Shown here: piece after piece, positions 11,730 to 25,200 of the stretch
Layout of the letters: each line of letters begins with the position of its first letter
Numbering within the stretch: the first letter of the stretch is position 1
From: Nemertoderma westbladi
Lineage: Eukaryota > Animalia > Xenacoelomorpha
Direction of reading: 5' to 3'
DNA length: 64,000 nucleotides
Assembly (NCBI GenBank): GCA_032718475.1
Contig: JAUCBJ010001841.1
Span: 49,755 to 113,754, forward strand
Translations under genes and position numbers: made by a program
The notes under the pieces: generated by a model
The model's input: only the letters and a program-made list of their open reading frames with translations
What the model was told of the DNA's origin: nothing
Databases searched by the model: none

Positions 11730-12419
11730 GTAGTTCCGGTGGGAACTCTGTGAGTATTTGTGCATTAGTAGCTTAGTTATAAACACATCTTCATTAAATT
11801 ACAACTAATATAATTATTGTAGGCGATTAACTACAGATGTATTAATAAGTATTATATTACATAAATGTGTCTGCTTAGTTATTCCTTAAGTTATTATCTG
11901 TATATGTTTATGTGATGATATAAGAGTGCTCAATAATAAGAATACGAATACATTATGAGTAACTGTTATATTTCATATTTTTATTTATTGTGAATAATGT
12001 ATATTATTTACATTCAATATCTTGGGAGGATTCCATCCCCACCCAGGAAGCAAAGTATGTAAACCATGCCGATCAATAGACCCACCTTGGTGTAGTGGTA
12101 GCTGGAACAAGTCATCAGACTTTGTGCGCGTAATCCCTGGCCTAACGGCCCAATAGAAATGTACAATGCAACACTGCAATAGGCGAGACTACAGTCGTAG
12201 ATATAGTCCCTGTATTATGAATAGGTGAATCAAAAGTTAGTGTGGAAATTAGGCAAACTCAATTAGTGAATTATTTTTACATAAAATGACCGTTCTTGAC
12301 ATGTAAGAGGTTTAGCACTTATAGCCTGATCACAAGCCAGATAACGATCACTACGGCCGGCTGCGGTCAGCTGATTATTATTACAGTACAGCACATGCCT
12401 GGTAAGTACCGACCAAGGA

Positions 12420-13440
12420 CTACTTATTATTTATTATTCAGACTAGCCTTTATCCCAATAAGGGTCATGGCAATACATACATACGTACGTAATGAACAGT
12501 AATTATACCTACAGGGGCTACAGTATAAATGTTTTAAGAGTTTACGGCCAACCCATAAAGCATAGGTACTAAATAGTAAATACAGATACACAAACCAATC
12601 AGAACCAGATCTAAACGGAATTACCTACTGTAATGCAAAGCAAATTGAATAAGATAAAATAAGTGACATGAGAAGGAAGTTGGGCCACACTGGTTACGAG
12701 TAGTTGGATTACGAATTTGGCTTACAGGGAGATCGAAATGCTTTTAATTTAGAAGTTCGTATTTATTTAGGACTTCGTACACTTCGTATTAATTTAGAAG
12801 TTCGTATGCCGTATTGAGTTATTCTACTAGAAGGTTATTAGTTGTTCTGTCATCACATTTCATTATGCTATAGAATTTCATATTATCGTCAAAATTATTT
12901 ATAAGTTAATTCGTCGCAGTATCTAAGCTTGAAAATAGTTTTTTCTCGTTGATTATAAAATTTGGGGCACCTAATTACAATGTGTTTCTCATCCTCTATT
13001 GACTCATCACTACAAAATCTACACAATCTACTTTCCAGGGCGGTTTTATCATAACGACCTGTCTCTATCCTGAAGGTGTGATTGCTGATTCTAAACTGTG
13101 TTAATATTTGGCGTGTTTTAAATGGCATATTGGTCAAGTATTGTTCATGTATTAATGTGCTTTTAAATAGTGAATAGGTTCTTAGTTTGTTTGCGGATTT
13201 GCCGTCTTTACTGAGCGGGTTTGTGATTGCAAATTGCCAATTTTTTTCAGAGAATGTATTAAATTATGTGCGAATGGCTGATAGTTTTTTAAATTTGGAG
13301 GGTAATAATTGGTAGATTGATTTCGCAGATAGAATATTAATTTTGGACATTGGTTCATCTACTAGTGCTTCGATTGAGTTTAGGATATTATTAAGCCAAC
13401 ATGCTTTTCCATCTTTCATTCTTTCCACATAGAAATGTTT
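12420..13440 (-). mobile_element. 3' fragment of a non-LTR retrotransposon (RTEX-like C-terminal zinc finger), degenerate
   Basis: LTQFRISNHTFRIETGRY...RLCRFC...IEDEKHIVIRCP is a typical LINE ORF2 C-terminal CCHC region, followed by an A-rich end near 12425. Confidence 0.7.
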
Positions 13441-13752
13441 TCTTGTAAAGTATCGGCTAGAAGTGACTACTATTAATACTACTGTAGTATACTAGTATAG
13501 TGTAGTATAGTCTGATAGTAGTCCTTGCTACCGACTGAAAGTACTGACTTGTTACAAGTCAGCAGACTTAAACGGTACCGGTATCTTTTGGCTGGTATAA
13601 TAGCTCAACTAACATGAAGGCTGGTGCAGGTGACTGGTGCACTGATCAGCTGATTTCAACTACCGGTATTATGATAGTTTGAGATACTGAGTTACGTAAA
13701 TTTATTTGATAACCTACCTCAGTACCTACCAACAGAAGAATAACTGAGAAAG

Positions 13753-15171
13753 ATGGATTTCCATGAAACCAACAAAGATCCTTTACCGGTAGGTCCACCG
13801 CCAACAGTCCCCCACCTCCCAAGCTTATACGACTCGGAAGAAGAAGTTCTCACATTCAGCCGAAACGCCTTTCAAATCCAGGATCACGATATACGGGATG
13901 TAGTAATCTGGGCGGATTATTTCAATAAATTGATTCAGTTCCAATACGCCAATAATCCGAGTAAGAAGAATCGTTATGATACACTCATTAGTAGATACCA
14001 AATGTTACTGAATAATATCGAGAAATTTAAACTTTTTAAAGACAAACCTAATAATAACAACACCGATAATCGTTTGCCTGTCTCTTATAATAAATATAAT
14101 TCTACTGAATCTGAAAGTAATAATAGGCATAAATACTCCAATAATTCCACTGAAGGACAATCTGGTTTACAACATAGAATATCGGTACCTGAGGACACAA
14201 ATCGATTAGGATCCATATCTCCGATTCAGTCATATAACACAAACACAACAGCATTTCACAAAGACGGTCCTACACTGTTACTAGACCGTCTTGACTCCGG
14301 GTCAAGACATTCGTCCCACAGATATAAGAAAAAGAGACATCGAAAGCGCGCCTTATCAGAGGAACGGGGGGATTCCAGCTCGGGTGAGTCCATCGGATTA
14401 GCGAGACGGCGTCACAAACCCGAAAAACATAAGAAATCGAAGAAACGAAAACTTAAAAAACATAAAAAATCGCTTTCTAAGGATAGGAGCGTCGAGCCGG
14501 AAAGGTTGCGGAAAGCGTCGTCGTCTAGCGGAGAGATCCTGTCGGACAGTGTTGAGCATCCGACAACGGCCACCGCTAGCAATGTGTACCCCAAGTCGGG
14601 TAGTTTAGCGTCCAAGTACGACGTGTCCAACGTTCCCTTCTACCAGAACAACCCGTATGGGTACGGAGCGTTGTGGAGTGGATACTTCGGCGATAGTGTC
14701 GATATTATGTACGCTTCCAGTGCAGTTACAGGGGGTCTACCAATGGGTGATAATGATGATATTACCGAAGACCTGCCTAGGGGTGCCGTAACAGTAGGCA
14801 CATCTAAGAGTTTCGTTACCGAAGCTACAGCTGCCACAGTTACCACAACGAAGAAAAGTAAATCGAAATACCGGGACTTGGATAAACCTGTGGAAGAAAA
14901 CGATGACGATGTTATTGACTTCGCAAGGGAAATGGACCGAGTAGCCCACGCGATACGTCGTCATAGATACGATAAAGTCATCGATGACGATACTCAATCC
15001 GAAGAAGTTAAGGAGAGCAGCAAGGTAATGGTGGGATTGCATTATTACGATTACTGTAAACTTTGCTCCATTGCTCTAAACTCGAAGGAGCAGGCGGAAT
15101 CCCACATATTGGGGAAGAAACATAAAAAGAAACTGAAACTTAGTCAGTTGGACAGCCCTGGCCAAGGGTAG
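13753..15171 (+). CDS. 472-aa protein with a Lys/Arg/Ser-rich low-complexity middle and a C-terminal matrin/U1-type zinc finger
   Basis: Long uninterrupted ORF. CKLCSIALNSKEQAESHILGKKHKKK fits C-x2-C-x12-H-x5-H (ZMAT/ZNF385-type). Basic NLS-like clusters are present. Confidence 0.75.
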   Translation: MDFHETNKDPLPVGPPPTVPHLPSLYDSEEEVLTFSRNAFQIQDHDIRDVVIWADYFNKLIQFQYANNPSKKNRYDTLISRYQMLLNNIEKFKLFKDKPNNNNTDNRLPVSYNKYNSTESESNNRHKYSNNSTEGQSGLQHRISVPEDTNRLGSISPIQSYNTNTTAFHKDGPTLLLDRLDSGSRHSSHRYKKKRHRKRALSEERGDSSSGESIGLARRRHKPEKHKKSKKRKLKKHKKSLSKDRSVEPERLRKASSSSGEILSDSVEHPTTATASNVYPKSGSLASKYDVSNVPFYQNNPYGYGALWSGYFGDSVDIMYASSAVTGGLPMGDNDDITEDLPRGAVTVGTSKSFVTEATAATVTTTKKSKSKYRDLDKPVEENDDDVIDFAREMDRVAHAIRRHRYDKVIDDDTQSEEVKESSKVMVGLHYYDYCKLCSIALNSKEQAESHILGKKHKKKLKLSQLDSPGQG

Positions 15172-16222
15172 ATATTTATTTGTTAGTAATTTAAATACTT
15201 ATAATGCAGTTGAATGAAAAATAATCTAAACGTAAAGGTTAACAATTTCTAATAACTTAAACAAATCATTTTCACAGAGTTTTATTCTTCAATTTAAGGA
15301 ATAATAATTAGTGGCTTTCTGTCCTCTCTGCTCTGACAATAACATTAATCTGTTAACACCCCTCGTTTTTGGAGCTTTAAAAGAGGTTTTTATTTTATTT
15401 GAATGTTAATTTCGGTCACACGTGCGTGCTATGTAGATGTTTTGGAGGGTTTATGTAAATCAGTTAACCCATGCATTTGGCTGGAAGTTGAATTTAGTAC
15501 GCCCATTACATTTGTAGAATGTATTTTTTAATATATTAAAATACTATTATCAATTTAATATTGACTTATTTATTTAATTTCTTAAATTAACTGAACTCCC
15601 CAAAACTTCTTCATCCTAAAGATTTTAACTACTTTATTACTTGAAATCCTGGTTCTTCCTATTGGAATAATAGGTAAAAACGTTCTGGAACTCCCTGGAG
15701 GATTGGAAATCTCATTGCTTTTGCTTATAAAGTTATGATCCGGTGTTGAGTGCGGTCACGTAGTCAAACCCTCAATGATGCCAGTTGGGCATCAGTCGGA
15801 TTATTGATGACATTTGAGTATACCGCGGGACCTCAGTAACCACGTCGTTGTCAGATCAATACCTGGGACAAGTAGGCCAGTAGCAACTCCCCTGAAACAT
15901 TCGATGAACGGTCAAACATCTAAGATGCTAATGCACACACAATAAGGAGATATAAATATCCGCCATGAAGGAATTTAGGATGGCGGGAAATTTGAATTAT
16001 CGGATTCGTGTCACAACAATAATTATTATGCTCAAATTTATGTAGGCCTACCTGTAGCGCGGTAGCATACAACAAACTGGAAACTATAATATAAAACCTA
16101 CCGCACCGCGCTATTGGCCCAGAGTTGTTCATTTCCCTTGGTTGGCTTAATATTCATTTGTGTTAGGGCATATTTCCGAATCTCCGGTAGTTTAATTTAA
16201 ATATATTATCGGTGTACCTTCG

Positions 16223-16699
16223 ATGTCTCGGGGTGATCACTTTGATGAAGCATCCGGTATAGTTAGTTGCACCGCACCGTGGGGGAGATGGTGGCAGACA
16301 AGAGAGGAGGTTTACATTGAGATAGACGGTAAATCGGTGGGTGTAGAAGAAAAACTTACCAATCGAGCACTGGAAGTGAAACTGAAACCAACTAGCCTTA
16401 GTGTAACAATAAGGAAGAGTCAAGTTCTGAACGGGAATTTATTTAGAGTTATCAACGAAGACGAGTCCACGTGGACGTTGGAAGACGGAAGACTCGTGAG
16501 TATAATGTTAGTGAAGGGCGGGGTTGGTGAGTGTTGGAAGAGTTTATTAGCTGGGGAATACGAACTGGATCCGTGGACGCGGGATCAGGTTGAACAGAAA
16601 CTCACATTGGAGCGGTTGCAGAAGGAGAATCCGGGGATGAACTTCGGCGGGGCCACTATTACAGGGAATTACCAGGATGGTGGGCCGCGGTTCCCGTAG
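16223..16699 (+). CDS. NUDCD2: NudC domain-containing protein 2 (CS/p23-like co-chaperone), intronless CDS
   Basis: FDEASGIVSC.APWGRWWQTREEV...DESTWTLED...CWKSLL...DPW..DQ...KLTLERLQKENPGMNFGGATITGNYQDGGP matches NUDCD2 end to end. Confidence 0.93.
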   Translation: MSRGDHFDEASGIVSCTAPWGRWWQTREEVYIEIDGKSVGVEEKLTNRALEVKLKPTSLSVTIRKSQVLNGNLFRVINEDESTWTLEDGRLVSIMLVKGGVGECWKSLLAGEYELDPWTRDQVEQKLTLERLQKENPGMNFGGATITGNYQDGGPRFP

Positions 16700-17482
16700 C
16701 AGGGAGAAAGTTTCTGCCATTAACTACTTCCACTTTCCGACTAATTAATAAAGACTACAGTGCAGTCAGCTCATTGGATAATTTATTATTACTTCTAAGT
16801 TCTAAAAACATTTCAAATTCCTTATGTTCTGAGAAAAGTTCTGAGATTTATAATAAACCGGAGATAATTTGATAATATAGGTAATAAATTAATTACAAAA
16901 TGTGGGTTTTGTTTTTGCTCAGAAATTTACAAAATTGGGAAGGACGTCATTCATTAAGGTGGTCACTGGCGGCGGGAGGGGGTGCGATACGGAAATACGA
17001 TTGGATATATATTTTTTTGTATATAACTATATAATACGATATATTTGTTTCGTGATACGATACGATACGAATATGATTTTGAGAAAATACGATACGTTAC
17101 GAAAAATAAAAAATGATAACGAGATACGAAAAAAATACCAGTTGTGTTTTCGTATCGTATTATTTACTAAATAATTATAGTGTTTAATCATTTATTACAT
17201 AAATAACATGTTTCATACTTTTAGAAAATCGTTACACATTTATTCAAGGATAATTCAAATTAAATTTTAACTTTATTCAAGGTAAATTTGTTTTATATTA
17301 AACAAATTAATCAGGCTCTAGTTTGTTTTTATTCTCACAAAGGAAAGTCTGTTGACTGGATAACGAGTGGATTACATCCTCTCTGAAATCAAATTATATT
17401 ATACAAATATGTTAAATACAAAAATATAACTGGAACCTTGTTACAATTAATACAGTAATTGAGAATATTCTAAAAATATTCT

Positions 17483-18531
17483 TTTGACTTCAAAAAAGCA
17501 TTTGACTCCATCCATAGAAGTAACATAATGGAAATCATAAGAGCTTATGGAATACCAGAAGTAATTGTCGTAGGCATTGGATTATTATATTGTGACAGTG
17601 ACACTAAGCAGCTCAGGTACTCGCACCAGATGGTTAACTTCGTCTCTATCCTGGCTGGCGTACTGCAAGGTGACACATTGGCGCCATTACTATTTGCAAT
17701 TGTACTGGATTATGCAATGAGGACGGCCACAAAGGGTGAAGATCTGGGATTCACACTACAAGAACGCAGAAGTACAGTAGTAGATATCCGGCAACTACAG
17801 TCACAGACACCGACTTTGCGGATGACATCGCCCTGCTCTCTAATACCCTAGCAGATGCACAGCTTCTACTGAATAAATTGGATAGGGCTGCTAAGGAGGT
17901 TGGATTGCATGTAAATGCTACCAAGACCGAATTCATGACCTTTAATGTTGATGGAAACTTAACAACAATTGATAATAATCAACTAAGGAAGGTTGACGAC
18001 TTCCAGTACCTTGGATCATGGATAGAGTAGCAAAAAGGACATAGAAGTTAGGAAAGCAAATGCTTGGGTAGCTCAATCAAAAATGGATACCATCCTGAAA
18101 TCAGATCTCTCCAGGCACCTGAGGACTAAGTTCTTTCGAGCCACAGTGGAAAGTGTATTTTTATACGGGGGTGAGACCTGGACACTGACGAAATAACTTG
18201 AACACCGAATTTATTGTTCATACACTACAAGACTACTAAGGGCAGCCCTAAATATCAGCTGGAGAAACACATGACAAACGCCGAGCTTTATGGTACAATA
18301 CCACCTGTATCAACCACCCTCCGTGAACGCAGATTAAGATTCAGTGGGCACTGCTGGAGAAGTAAAGACGAGGTCATACCAGATCTACTTTTCTGGCAAC
18401 CAACACATGGAAAACGTAGTCGTGGACGACCGGCCATATTGATAGATATTGATATAGATCAACTTGAGAGGGATACTGAACTTGGGAGAAACGAAATTGA
18501 GACAACTATTCACTCGACCTAGTAGTAGTAT
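17483..18531 (+). mobile_element. 5'-truncated, frameshifted RTE LINE copy (family A)
   Basis: Highly similar to the reverse complement of ~41030-42110. Contains [10 protein letters not shown] and DFADD and ends in cctagtagtagt. Confidence 0.9.
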
Positions 18532-18599
18532 ATATAATTCAATGTTCATCATTTTTAATCGCGAGCGAGGCCAAAGTGAGTGCTGTTTATATGCTCGTT

Positions 18600-18972
18600 A
18601 TAAATTGAATGAGCGGAAACTTTCTGGGTGCAATGATGAATTTCGGACCGAGGGCCAAAATGTCAATTTCCAAGTTGATAAAATGAGTAGCAATCGTATA
18701 GATAGAACTAAAAGTGTCAGAGTCTGTACTCCCAGATATTGGGAATATATCCTTTGCAGCAGTGAAGGCTGCTGTAAAGAGCATTAAGACCAATTGTTGT
18801 GCCAGTGGAGTAGATGGTGTTCCCCCTGAGGTCTTTAAAATACCTGAGTGTTTAAAGCTCATCTATCCCATCATAGTAGACATGTACCGAACAACAAGAG
18901 TCCCACAAGAAATGAAAACAAATAAGTTGGTGCCAGTTCCCAAGAAGGGCAACCTAACACTCTATGGCTCTT
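18600..18972 (+). mobile_element. RTE LINE fragment (family B)
   Basis: [13 protein letters not shown]...VPVPKKGNL; near identical to the reverse complement of 40075-40240. Confidence 0.8.
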
Positions 18973-19981
18973 TAGGACTATCCTATGTTACAACGTATTG
19001 CAGAAAGTAACAACAATATTTCTCTTCGTGCAATCATTATTATTATTATATAACAACGGGGATGTTCAGACGGGAAAATTAACACAAATATATAAACATC
19101 TGTATAAACTATAATATCATCGCGCACCGTGGCCACATAGTATAATTATTTACCTACCGGTACCGTTGCACCAGTCTGTTAGATTACACCAGTACCGGTA
19201 TTACTAACATTTAAAAAATAGTAAGAAAAGGTACTAAAATAAAAGTTAAAGGCACATTTACAATTATACTGCATTTAAAAATAACAGTGTCTATGTAATT
19301 CCACTAAAGTTCGTGATATAATGTTAGACAGTCATGGAAAGTGATAAAAAGGGGGAAAAATTAAATTTGTCATTCTTTTCGAAATAAATAATTGTTTATT
19401 TTTCATGAATTTCTCGTCTGAAATTATCTTAAATGCTATTTAATTTCATTATGAAATGTTTTTAATTAATAGCAATCTCATCCAGTACGGGAACAGCTGA
19501 TTACCAACACGTAGGCTGATATGATTTGATTGGATACTAACTGAGCTAAAAGCAGCTATTTCCAACGTTAAGTAATAGCACATCGTAATTGTATGTGTGT
19601 TGGAATTACGCAACATTTTTTTACCTCGTAAATTGCGATTACTTTTTTCTCCCCTCATAAATAGTAGTTCAACTAAATGTATTGTAATGTGTCGCATACG
19701 TTAATTTAATATAAATGTATGAAATTTAAAAAAATCAACCCCTAATAATTCAAAGTAAAGCATTATACAATAGAAATGTAATTGAATAAAAAGGTGTTGG
19801 TTGCAAAGGGCGGAGTTCTAAGCACAACGCCAAGTGCGTTAACGGCGGCCAAGGGTTGGGGCGCGAAACTGGGTTAGAAACAATTTAATAAGGGGTAACA
19901 AGGTGCTTTAATCGAGTGGCGGGGTGTGTTCTTTCCTCGGGTATAAAAACATGAAGCAACGGTCGAAATTGCGTATATAAA

Positions 19982-20176
19982 AGTTAAGCGCGCGAAGCAA
20001 ATTTTGAAAAATAGCTGTGATTGGCTGGCTGCTCCAGATCAGAAGTCACAAGTCGGTCATGGCTTATGTAGGAATATTGATTTATTCATAAAAAAAATCA
20101 CAAAAGTATGACGTCAGATCTCTACCTAACAGCTGATCACAGTTGATTATTTTTAAAATTAGCTTCGCGCACTTAC
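19982..20176. repeat. Imperfect foldback/MITE-like element
   Basis: taagcgcgcgaagcaaattttgaaaaata ... tatttttaaaattagcttcgcgcactta inverted arms. Confidence 0.6.
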
Positions 20177-20846
20177 AGTACCGGTACTTACTTAAAAACC
20201 AGCCGTTTCCTCGTGATTAGGGGTATTCACACCCAGTCTTCTTTTTTGGCAGTTTTATCAAATGTGCTTTCCGATGTGAAATTTTACGGTGATTCCAAAT
20301 CTGAAATCAGCGCCAAAAATTACCTTATAAGTATCAAAACCATAAAAGAAGTCGCTCACATTCGGTCAGTTGTAATCAGGAGAAAATGTTAATGTAATTT
20401 TTCACGAGTTGACTTATTTTAACTATTAAATCGATTTTTCGTTGAATTATGTATGTAGAGGAATATATTCGCGGAAAAAGACTCAAACTCTACTATTTAA
20501 CTACTCAACCGATTTTTGTTCTGTTTGCAGAATAATTATGCAGAGAAACTTTGCGCGCAAAAATTGGGTTGAGTTTTGACATTTTGTTTAAAAAAAAACG
20601 TTACGGCATTATTATTTACAAAAGTATTCAAAAATCGACAAAAAATGAAAATTTCGCGATTCTTTACACAAAAAATGGCATAACTTTTTTTTAAACAAAA
20701 TTTCAAAATTAAACACAATTTCATTTTTGCGCGTAAAGTTTCTCTGCATAATTCTGCAAACATTTCGCGCACCAACCCTATTGATGGTACAACAGACTAA
20801 AAACCAGGAGAGGTATTGATTGCAATTAATGGGGAGGTTAGCCTAA

Positions 20847-21061
20847 AGGTCGATTTACACGTGGCAACTTTTTCGGCTACTTGTTCAGCAACTAGCAACA
20901 TAATTTTGAACAAATTAGCTTGTTCGCAGTTTAAACGTGGCAACTATTTTTACAGCAACTTCGTGTTTACACGGGGCAACTTGATCGGCAACCTGTGCTT
21001 TTCACTAATGTTGCTCAAAAAATAATGTTGCTCAAAAAAGTTGCCACGAGTAAACCGGCAT
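20847..21061. mobile_element. PIF/Harbinger-type MITE
   Basis: TIRs aggtcgatttacacgtggcaacttttt and aaaaagttgccacgagtaaaccggcat, flanked by TAA on both sides. Confidence 0.65.
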
Positions 21062-21318
21062 TAAGTAACTCAAGATATTTTTTATTAAAAATATAAATTT
21101 CACATTGTTATAAAAATATTTAAATATGTACTGAATATTTTGGTTTGATATTACATTTACTATTATACGTTATGTTACTAAAACTTTTATTCCAAAATTG
21201 TAACATTACTCAACGCACTTAGTATTAACAGCGAGTTGTTATTTAGCACTTTACAACTTTAGAGGACATTACAGCATTGTATTGGCCTGTATATTTAGTA
21301 TTGTACAGTATTTGGTGT

Positions 21319-21407
21319 TATTGTTTACGTGGTAACCATGACGGCGTTAAGTAATGTCCCCCTAGTGGACATTACTTAACGCCGTCATGGTTACCACGTA
21401 AACAATA
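21319..21407. repeat. Perfect 41-bp stem, 7-nt loop hairpin
   Basis: tattgtttacgtggtaaccatgacggcgttaagtaatgtcc-ccctagt-ggacattacttaacgccgtcatggttaccacgtaaacaata. Confidence 0.95.
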
Positions 21408-21660
21408 GGTGTAAATTTGCCTGACAGCCAGATAGGCCTACCGCATTACCTACCGGTAGACGGGGTATAGCTATTAATAACCAGTAGATATATTATTATA
21501 ACATGGCTCCAAACGCCACCATAAATATAAGCTAACTGATTTATAACATAATTTATGTCACTTTTACATTTATTTATTTATACAGCAACTAATATAATTT
21601 GTGCAGTTTCTATCACTTATATTTTATATGTACAATCATTTCGTAATGTTACAATTTTGG

Positions 21661-21820
21661 AATAAAACTACATACATACTTGTTGCAAAGTACTTTACAG
21701 TGTTCTGATCCTCGTGGCTTTATTTTCACTCACTCACTACGTTCGTTCGTGTAACAAAGCCACTCGGATCATCACAATGTAAAGTGCTACTTTACACACC
21801 AGTATGTATAAATAGTTATT
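21661..21820. repeat. Palindromic MITE-like element
   Basis: catacatact...actttaca.tgt..tgatcc.cgtggcttt pairs with aaagccactcggatca.cacaatgtaaagt...agtatgtat. Confidence 0.6.
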
Positions 21821-22094
21821 ACACAAAATATCTAAGTAGTTTACTATTATAATGTACCGAACTAATACATAAATCTTAACCAAATATAAAAACACCAAGC
21901 AAAACATAGTTCCAGAAATAATTTATTAATAAATATCGTATATAGTTATAGTTATCGTCATGGCAACGGCAAGATTTAATCCAATCGAAACGACTCACAC
22001 AACCATTACACGTCACTGTTTGTTCCTGAGCGCCACTTAGTGATTGTTATCGGTACTTGTTTCTATCCACCCTGCTACCATTTTACTGTTCAGA

Positions 22095-22249
22095 CTATCT
22101 CAACCCACCGTACTTGGAAGTCCAATCTTTTTTCCCGAGGAAACTGACTGGCGGCTGAGTCTGAGGTGTGGGCCTAGCCGGTAGGATGGCTGGGACTGCG
22201 TTGGATAGCTGGGTCCTCGAGCGGGGTGGTGGGCCCCAACCAGCTAGAC
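22095..22249 (-). CDS. MAK: MAK exon 12 (last coding exon)
   Basis: Ends ...[15 protein letters not shown], matching the conserved MAK/ICK C-terminus; TAG at 22097-22095. Confidence 0.85.
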
Positions 22250-25200
22250 CTAGACAAATAAATCACATCATGGACATTATTAGTACAACTCTATGTAGTA
22301 CTAGCACAACAATCTTATTACATCACGTCCTATTCTACCAAAACCCCCTTACAGGCTAACTCACCCGGGTTGGATGGCTGTCTATTAGCCACGCGACCAT
22401 GGAAGGAAGGTATGTAGGAGTGTTGGTTACCGAACGGTGGTTGTGTAGGAGATATGTTCTGGGTGGTGTAACTGCCGGTTGGGTTACCGAGTTCGGCGAA
22501 TCGGGGTGCCTCAGGGGGTCTGTGCACACGTTCCAATTGGTAACCACGATCTGCAATTAAAGTTGATATTATTTTTAATTAATTATTAAATTCAGAATTT
22601 TATTATATACTTAATTTATTGAATCGCGTATATAGGCAACAAACTTTTAAAAAATTAGCTTTAAGACTTTAACATAGAAACTTACTATCGGTGATTTGAT
22701 TGGCTGTTGGACCAGTAATAGTATGGTTAGAAATTCGACGCCCACCAATGGGAGGACCGGGGACAGCGCCCCACCTCGGGATAACCTCGTAATTGGATGG
22801 AACCCTGGAACGGGATGGCGGGTTCTTTGAATTGATACCTGAAAACAAAAATAATGTATAGCTAAAGTAAACAGAGGAAATGTATACCGAGTAATAAATT
22901 AGTTATTAGGGAAGTGGCAAGTCGTAATGGAATCAAGCCTGGCGCAACTTTGCCTTGCCAGTACCAGTTTCATCTGGGGAGTAATGGTTCAGGGGGGACC
23001 GCACTGGAAATAAGTTGTCAGACCAGACTTTGAGCGTAATACCTGTCCTAATGGCCGAATAAAACTGTTACTTTACTATTATTTAAATGATCGCTACTAC
23101 TCGAATACTCTTGAAACAATTAAAGCCAGCACTTAACTTCAACCAATATGTTGTGACCAATAATTAGTATGAGTGAGTTACATATTAACTAACTTACCAG
23201 GTAAGTAACGCGATTGTTGCAAATAATGCTGTCGAGCGGATATTTTACCGGAGGGAGTGGCACCCGGGTTGATGCTTCGAGGATTCTTAGTGATTCCAAA
23301 CAGCGAATCGAAATCGATCCCCCTTCGCTTCTCAACAACATTCTGCAAATAATAATGTAAATAATTTGTAAGTAACTGATATGGCTTATGTAAATTTAGC
23401 CCTAAGTCAATTAAATATTTAATTATCATTATTGAATGGGAGAATCTTTAAATCTCTCGTTAAGCCAAGGAATGCCTGTTCACCACCATGGGTGATCTTC
23501 TACAGTAAACCCTTCCACTCTGTTTCCCAAGTTGCCTTGGTTCCCATTTATCGACCACTGAAGGATGAAAGCCGGGGTTGGGCTAGGCTGCAGGCCAAGC
23601 TGCTGCTTTTTATGCTAATTATCATTATTATAATTATTATTAATTTCGTGTGTGTATCATAATATGCCGAGATAACATAACTTAATTTAAGAAAATAACG
23701 GCGCATGTGTGTAGATATAACAAGATTTGATTATATTTCTAATGAAATATATTTTATTTTTATCGTAAGAGGCCAAGTATTTTGTTTTTTGGAAATTCAG
23801 CGAAAGGGCAAGTCTTAAATGGAAATCCTAACGTTTCTCTACTAAATAATGTAATACGAGAAGATTAAGTAATAGTTATTAATATTATTATTTTAAAAAC
23901 GCATTACGTCATTGCGGTTTTCACTTATTATTAGAAAATCTATTTTCACAATTTTCCGTTCTTTATTCGTCATACTGATTCATTGACATACATTATTATA
24001 CATACTCATTGAGGTGAATATTACGCATGAATGAACAAATAATCAATAAAATGTGAGATCTTTTATTTATTTCATAAGACTATAAACAGAATAATGTTTT
24101 GTTATAACATAGTTATTGTGGCTGATAAATGTTAACACACCTAATGATCAGATGTGGTTGAACACGCCATAGAGTTCGATGAAGCCGAGCAGTACCATTA
24201 ATTCCGTCGCCTGCTCGATATCGTGAATGTGTGATATAATGTTTTATTTTATTTAATCCATGTAATTCGCTCTCGAGTGATTTATTTAACACACCCCGTA
24301 GTGTTTTAGCATCGCATAGATTGTCACCCCCCTTACTATGTATTATAACTGATCAACCTGTTCTCTTGTTCTATTAATTGTAACAGGCATTTATCAGAGA
24401 GAGGAAACGTGATGGACATCCATATGCATGACTGCAAAAACTAACACGACTGAAAAATCTGCTAAAATTCTAGTCTTAAATTATGCTTGGGGACCAACAT
24501 ATCTGAGTGCGTAAGATGTTGTGTTGCAGAAGAGGGCAAGCAATTCCAGTGGTGTGAACGATAACCTATAAACTATCTATTAATATAAATAATTTGGATA
24601 TTAAATATAAGTTGACTTTTACTTTTAGTCCTCGTACATCGATTTACTGATCATAATTTAACAATTAGTAAACCACAAACTAAGGTCCACTCAAACCAGT
24701 ATTAAAGAACTTTAAATAACCGCCACTCCACTTCGCCATAATTGACAATAACCTTTGTATTGCTACGCAACCGACACCAGAATGCCCCGCCCCCTTTTGG
24801 TCGTGACATAACTTATCAGCCAATAAATATTACAGTTCAAGTTGTTATATGGTTTTGCAAATCAAATTAGTACCTTCCTGTGCAGATTAAGATCCAAGAA
24901 TGTTAAAGCTGCAAAATGAGAAAAACAACTGTATTTAAAATTAAAACACTTGTAGGTGTCGTTTATATGGCCAACCTCGCTGTTACAAAATATATTCAGT
25001 GTCTTTGAGCTTCACATTTGAGGTGATGCCCCCACCCCCCAAGAATATAATTGAGATAAAAAGTACAAGTTTTTTCTATATTATTTTAATAAGAGGTCAA
25101 ATTACTATAATATACGAAGACAATGATTTGTAATAAGTAATTCATTAATTCGTAAGTTCCGTTTTTACGATCAGTTGAGATATGATATCCAAATGATTCC

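Noticed and set aside
15600-15900. Possible minus-strand exon or snoRNA upstream of NUDCD2
   Set aside because: All frames close quickly and no convincing C/D or H/ACA box arrangement was found.
24135-24910. Extra MAK micro-exons near 24140-24208 and 24873-24908
   Set aside because: Splice-like sites exist, but the phases do not fit the 0/0 junction between exons 8 and 9 without further exons, and there is no recognisable homology.
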